Assembly: GCA_965249575.1 (NCBI GenBank)
Contig: OZ252244.1
Span: 3,456,001 to 3,520,000 of the forward strand
Direction of reading: 5' to 3'
DNA from: Gemmatimonadales bacterium
GTDB taxonomy: Bacteria > Gemmatimonadota > Gemmatimonadetes > Gemmatimonadales > GWC2-71-9
Length of the DNA stretch: 64,000 bases
The notes below the pieces were generated by a model. It saw nothing but the letters and a program-made list of their open reading frames with translations. It had not been told where the DNA came from and ran no database searches. Positions 59,955 through 64,000 of this stretch are shown one piece after another (position 1 is the stretch's first letter; each line of letters opens with the position of its first letter). Position numbers and translations under genes: made by a program.

Positions 59955-61933
59955 CCAGTGGTGAGCCTGTCGGCAAGCGCGGAGTGATCCCGGGCCAGCG
60001 GGCGCTGGCGGGACGCATTGCCGTAGTGGCCCGGTGGGTGGCCATCGTGCTGCCGGCCGTGACGATTCTCGTTGCTTTCACCGGGTGGTTCGACGCCGTC
60101 ACCAGGCGTGCTGGCCACTTAGCCTTCGCGATTCCACTCGTGTTTCTGTTCTATCCAGCCTTGAAGGGGCCACGTCGGGTCGGGCCGCTCGACCTCACGC
60201 TCGCGGCGGCATCGCTCGCAGCGTTCGGCTGGATGCTAGTCGATCGCGAGCGGATCATGTGGCGTCTCGTGTACGTCGACCAGATGACGACTCTCGACCT
60301 CGTCTTCGCGGCGCTAGCCGTAGTCTTGGTGCTCGAGGCGACCCGCCGCACGCTCGGCTGGACGCTCGTCATTGTTGCGGTGGCGTTCATCGCTTACGCG
60401 CTCGCCGGTCCGGTCATGCCTGGCATTCTCGAACACAAAGGTGTGAGTCCCCAGCTGCTGCTTGAGCACCTCTACATGGTACCGGAGGGGTTGTTCAACC
60501 AGGTGACCGGTGTGATGGCCACCTATTTATTGGTCTTCCTCACGTTCGGTTCTTTACTGCGCGCGGCCGGCGGCGATCAAATCTTCATGGACCTCACGAT
60601 GGCGGCGGCCGGCCGTTGGGTGGGCGGGCCGGCGAAGGCCGCGGTTGTCGGCAGCACGTTGATGGCATCGGTGTCGGGGAGCACCATCGCGAACGTGGTG
60701 ACGACGGGAACGATCACCATTCCACTGATGAAACGCACCGGGCTGAAGCCGCACGAGGCGGCGGCCATCGAGACCGCGGCGGGTACCGGTGGCGGTCTGA
60801 TGCCGCCCGTGATGGGGGCGGGGGCCTTTCTCATGGCGGAGATTACCGGAATTCCCCTGATCACCATCCTCAAGTACTCGCTCATTCCGGCGCTGCTTTT
60901 TTTTGGAAGCATCTACGGCTATGTCCATGTGAAGGCTCGGAAACACAGGCTCAGCTCGTTGCATGCCGAAGGGATCGCGGTCGAGGGAGAAGTGCCTGGC
61001 CTCTGGCGGACGGTTGTTCGGGGGGCGCACCTCCTGGCTCCTGTCGTCCTGCTCGTCTATCTGCTCGCCGAGAACTACAGCCCGTTCCTTGCCGCGTCGG
61101 CGTGCGTTGTCGCCCTGTGGCTGGTGAGCTACCTGCGGCGCGAGACCCGTATGAGCGGCCGGAGATTGCTCGAAGCTCTCGAGACCACGACGCACGGGGC
61201 GCTGGTCCTGTCGGCAACGATGGCCACTGCGGCGATGATCGTTGGCGTGATCAGCCTCACGGGCTTGATGCTCAAGACGACCTCGGTGATGGTCGCGTTG
61301 GCCGGCGGCTCCATCCTCATCGGGATTGCGATCGTGGCCGGGATTGCTTCCGTACTCGGCATGGGCTTGCAGATCACGAGCGCATACATAATCGTGTCGA
61401 CACTCGGTGCACCCGCGCTCACCGAGCTTGGCATACCCCTACTCACGGCACATCTCATCATCTTCTGGTTCGCCCAGAGCGCGACCGTCACGCCTCCCAT
61501 CTGCATGACCGCCTTCGTGGCGGCCCAGATTGCTGGCGCGGGGCCCATGCGTACGGGATTCGAGGCGCTGCGCGTGGCCAAGGCGCTTTACATTGTGCCG
61601 CTTATGCTTGCCTTTGCCGGGCTATTGTCCAACAACTGGGTCGAGGTCCTGCTCGACGGAACGAGTGGCCTGATGTTCCTGCTCATGTTCCCAGTCGTCA
61701 CCATGGGTTTCTACCAGGGGGCCCTCGGGATGGGCGGGCGCGCCACAGGCGCCCTTGCCGGTCTGCTGTTCGCAGCGGCTTGCTTCTCATCCAGTATCCA
61801 GGACGGCGTACTCCTGTTGGGTGCCGGTCTGGCGGTCGTCGGGTTGCTCCATCTGTACCAAAGGGTATGGAGTCGGGCGGGGGCCGATCGCCCCGCGGCG
61901 CTGTCGAGCGGCGGAAGCGACAGCGCGGGATAA
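59951..61933 (+). CDS. TRAP transporter fused 4TM/12TM permease
   Basis: LEATRR, GGPAKAAV, SGSTIANV, MPPVMGAGAF and TPPIC; ATGA overlap. Confidence 0.92.
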   Translation: MTSGEPVGKRGVIPGQRALAGRIAVVARWVAIVLPAVTILVAFTGWFDAVTRRAGHLAFAIPLVFLFYPALKGPRRVGPLDLTLAAASLAAFGWMLVDRERIMWRLVYVDQMTTLDLVFAALAVVLVLEATRRTLGWTLVIVAVAFIAYALAGPVMPGILEHKGVSPQLLLEHLYMVPEGLFNQVTGVMATYLLVFLTFGSLLRAAGGDQIFMDLTMAAAGRWVGGPAKAAVVGSTLMASVSGSTIANVVTTGTITIPLMKRTGLKPHEAAAIETAAGTGGGLMPPVMGAGAFLMAEITGIPLITILKYSLIPALLFFGSIYGYVHVKARKHRLSSLHAEGIAVEGEVPGLWRTVVRGAHLLAPVVLLVYLLAENYSPFLAASACVVALWLVSYLRRETRMSGRRLLEALETTTHGALVLSATMATAAMIVGVISLTGLMLKTTSVMVALAGGSILIGIAIVAGIASVLGMGLQITSAYIIVSTLGAPALTELGIPLLTAHLIIFWFAQSATVTPPICMTAFVAAQIAGAGPMRTGFEALRVAKALYIVPLMLAFAGLLSNNWVEVLLDGTSGLMFLLMFPVVTMGFYQGALGMGGRATGALAGLLFAAACFSSSIQDGVLLLGAGLAVVGLLHLYQRVWSRAGADRPAALSSGGSDSAG

Positions 61934-61950
61934 CTGTCGTGAGGAGAGCA

Positions 61951-63099
61951 TTGTCCTTCGAGACTGAGGTTGGCGTAATCGGCGCAGGGATCATGGGATT
62001 GTCTGCGGCATGGGAGTTGGCCAAGCGCGGGAGGACCGTGTTGTGTCTCGACCGGTCGTGGCCCGGCCGCGAAGCCTCGGGGTCCAATGCCGGAACGCTC
62101 GCAGTACAAAACAAGCGGCTGCAGGCGGTAAGGCTCGCCATGGAAGGCGTGCAAAGATGGCAGGAGCTGGCAAGCGAGCTGGACTGGGACATTGAGTACG
62201 AGCGACGGGGCGGGTTGCGCGTAGCACACACGCCTGCGGAAGTCAGCCGCCTGGAGGATTCCGTCGCCGCCCAGCGCAGACTCGGAGTGCCGGTCGAGAT
62301 GACGTATCCCCCGGCGCTCTTCGTATTGGCGCCGTATCTCTCGCGTGATGTTCGAGCGGCCGGCTACTGTTCCGTCGATGGAATGGTGAGTCCCTTCGCC
62401 GCGATTCGGGCGTTCGTGAGGGCATGCAAGCGGGAGGGCGTGCGCTTTCGATTCAACTGCGGAGTATCGGGGATCAGTGTGCAGGCGGATGGATCCTTTG
62501 AGATCCGCGCGGGCGCGGTGTCAATCCGCTGCGAAGCCGTACTGGTGGCGGCGGGTGCGTGGATCGCAGACCTGTGTGAGCCGCTCGGTATCAAGCTGCC
62601 CCTGTACGAGAAGGTTCAGCAGGTGCTCATTACCGACCCGGGGCGGCGGCTGTTTCCGGAGGTCCTGACGCACATCGGAGGGCGCCTCACCCTCAAGCAG
62701 CACGCGGTTTCCGGGAAGGTCCTGATCGGGGGGGGGTGGCGAGGAAACGGAAGCGGAAAGGCCGATGGGCATCGTCTGCGGTGGGAGAATGTGGTTCACA
62801 ACGTCCGACTCGCGCTGAACACCGTGCCGCAGCTCGGGCGGACGCGAATGTTGCGCGCCTGGACCGGGGTCGAGGGCCGGAGTCCCGACCGCCTCCCCCT
62901 GATCGGGACGACAGGTGGGCCTCCGAACCTGCATGTTCTGGGATGTTCGGCGGGCGGCTTCACGCTCGGGCCGCTGTGCGGCACGCTGGCCGCTCAGCGC
63001 CTCACGAACGAGCCGTCGCCGCTATTTTCGGGAGAGATCAGCGCAAACCGCTTTCGGGTGGGCGACGCAGCCGGTACCGCCCTAGGAGAGACGCCATGA
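61951..63099 (+). CDS. FAD-dependent oxidoreductase (DAO/sarcosine oxidase beta-like)
   Basis: VIGAGIMG, ASGSNAG, RAWTG..SPDRLPLIG and GFTLGP; TTG start after GAGGAG. Confidence 0.88.
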   Translation: MSFETEVGVIGAGIMGLSAAWELAKRGRTVLCLDRSWPGREASGSNAGTLAVQNKRLQAVRLAMEGVQRWQELASELDWDIEYERRGGLRVAHTPAEVSRLEDSVAAQRRLGVPVEMTYPPALFVLAPYLSRDVRAAGYCSVDGMVSPFAAIRAFVRACKREGVRFRFNCGVSGISVQADGSFEIRAGAVSIRCEAVLVAAGAWIADLCEPLGIKLPLYEKVQQVLITDPGRRLFPEVLTHIGGRLTLKQHAVSGKVLIGGGWRGNGSGKADGHRLRWENVVHNVRLALNTVPQLGRTRMLRAWTGVEGRSPDRLPLIGTTGGPPNLHVLGCSAGGFTLGPLCGTLAAQRLTNEPSPLFSGEISANRFRVGDAAGTALGETP

Positions 63100-64000
63100 A
63101 CAACGGCAAGGTCCAGTGGGAAGGCAACTTCGTCGCGGTCGTCACGCCCTTCGACGCCGCGGGCAACGTCGACGAATCGGCGTTCTGCGAGAACATCTCC
63201 CGGCTGGTCGAAGAGGGTGCCGAGGGGATCATCGTGTCGGGCTGTACCGGCGAGGCTTGGGCACTGACGCCCGAGGAGCGCCTCCGGCTGTTCAGCCTCG
63301 GTGTCGAGACCGTGGCTGGCGCCGTTCCGGTCATCGCCGGCACTGGAGGAATCTTCTCACGCGAGGTGATCGATCTGAGCGCCGGCGCTCGCGACATTGG
63401 TTGCGCCGGCGTCATGATCCTCCCGCCCTACTACTGCTGGCCCGGCGACGCCGAGATCATCGCGCACTACAAGAGCATTTCAGACGCGGTTCGCAGCCCG
63501 ATTCTTCTCTACAACATTCCGAAACGCACAGGGGTGGATCTATCGCTGGGTCTGCTCGAAGAGTTGGTCAAGATCGAGTACGTCGTGGCGATCAAAGAGA
63601 GCTCGGACAGCTTCATACGGGTCGAGAGCCTGGTGAACCAGTTCGGGAGCGAGATGCAGGTGTTCACGGGGCACTCGGCCGAGCGCGGGGTCGCCGCGAT
63701 CGTGATGGGAGCGAAGGGATGGGTGAGCTCGCTCGAATCCCAGATCATGGGTCGGGAAGCCGTCCAGATGTACGACATGGTGAAGAACGGTGACCTGGCG
63801 GCGGCGCAGAGCGTCCAACTTCGCACGCTGGCCCTCGATCAGCATGCTCGGGGAATCGGAACGTTCCCGGCCAATCTCAAGGCGGCCATGAACGTGCTCG
63901 GGCGCCCGGGGGGCTATCCCCGGCCGCCGCTGTTACCGCTCTCCGACGCCCAAATAGCGAAGATCGTGACCGTTCTGGAAGGGTTGGAGATCGCTATTCC
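63096..64000 (+). CDS. Dihydrodipicolinate synthase (DapA/NAL) family protein, running off the window end; absent from the ORF track
   Basis: My translation: VTPF, GCTGE, PPYY, LYNIP.RTG, IKESS and PRPPLLPL; ATGA overlap with the upstream stop. Confidence 0.9.
   Translation, partial: MNNGKVQWEGNFVAVVTPFDAAGNVDESAFCENISRLVEEGAEGIIVSGCTGEAWALTPEERLRLFSLGVETVAGAVPVIAGTGGIFSREVIDLSAGARDIGCAGVMILPPYYCWPGDAEIIAHYKSISDAVRSPILLYNIPKRTGVDLSLGLLEELVKIEYVVAIKESSDSFIRVESLVNQFGSEMQVFTGHSAERGVAAIVMGAKGWVSSLESQIMGREAVQMYDMVKNGDLAAAQSVQLRTLALDQHARGIGTFPANLKAAMNVLGRPGGYPRPPLLPLSDAQIAKIVTVLEGLEIAI

Noticed and set aside
60616..61950. 827-aa ORF as a large fusion protein
   Set aside because: The first ~445 codons overlap the TRAP permease in another frame; the real oxidoreductase starts near 61951.

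Overview
A GC-rich bacterial chromosomal window with about 50 genes and one tRNA-Leu(TAA). The host is probably Gemmatimonadota; this is inferred from Ser/Thr-kinase gene remnants and the lipoprotein style. I found no transposase, integrase, phage or CRISPR. The gene content is dominated by peptide and amino-acid scavenging: two M28 peptidases, M19, M20, S9, an amidase, a serine hydrolase, glutamate dehydrogenase, NhaC, NCS2 and TRAP transporters, and a TRAP-TAXI/DAO/DapA-like catabolic operon cut by the window end. It also carries lutABC and a MacAB-like exporter with no adjacent ATPase. The best candidate for an uncharacterised system is a tightly coupled four-gene operon beside the tRNA (16962-22019): a DUF4956-type membrane protein, a CotH kinase/beta-helix protein, a VTC-type polyphosphate-polymerase domain protein and a membrane-anchored metallophosphoesterase. 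It could make, export and use polyphosphate at the cell envelope. Other notable items are two paralogous lipoproteins built from 3 and 6 DUF5666-like repeats with hypervariable loops, CRP-type boxes at three loci, an MJ0158/SelA-like PLP enzyme coupled to an NhaC transporter, an AKR-Rid fusion, a perfect 32-bp operator on an ArsR start codon, and 7-bp-period intergenic repeats. Five genes carry small frameshifts, some of which are probably long-read assembly errors. All family calls come from recognising motifs by eye; no database search was run.
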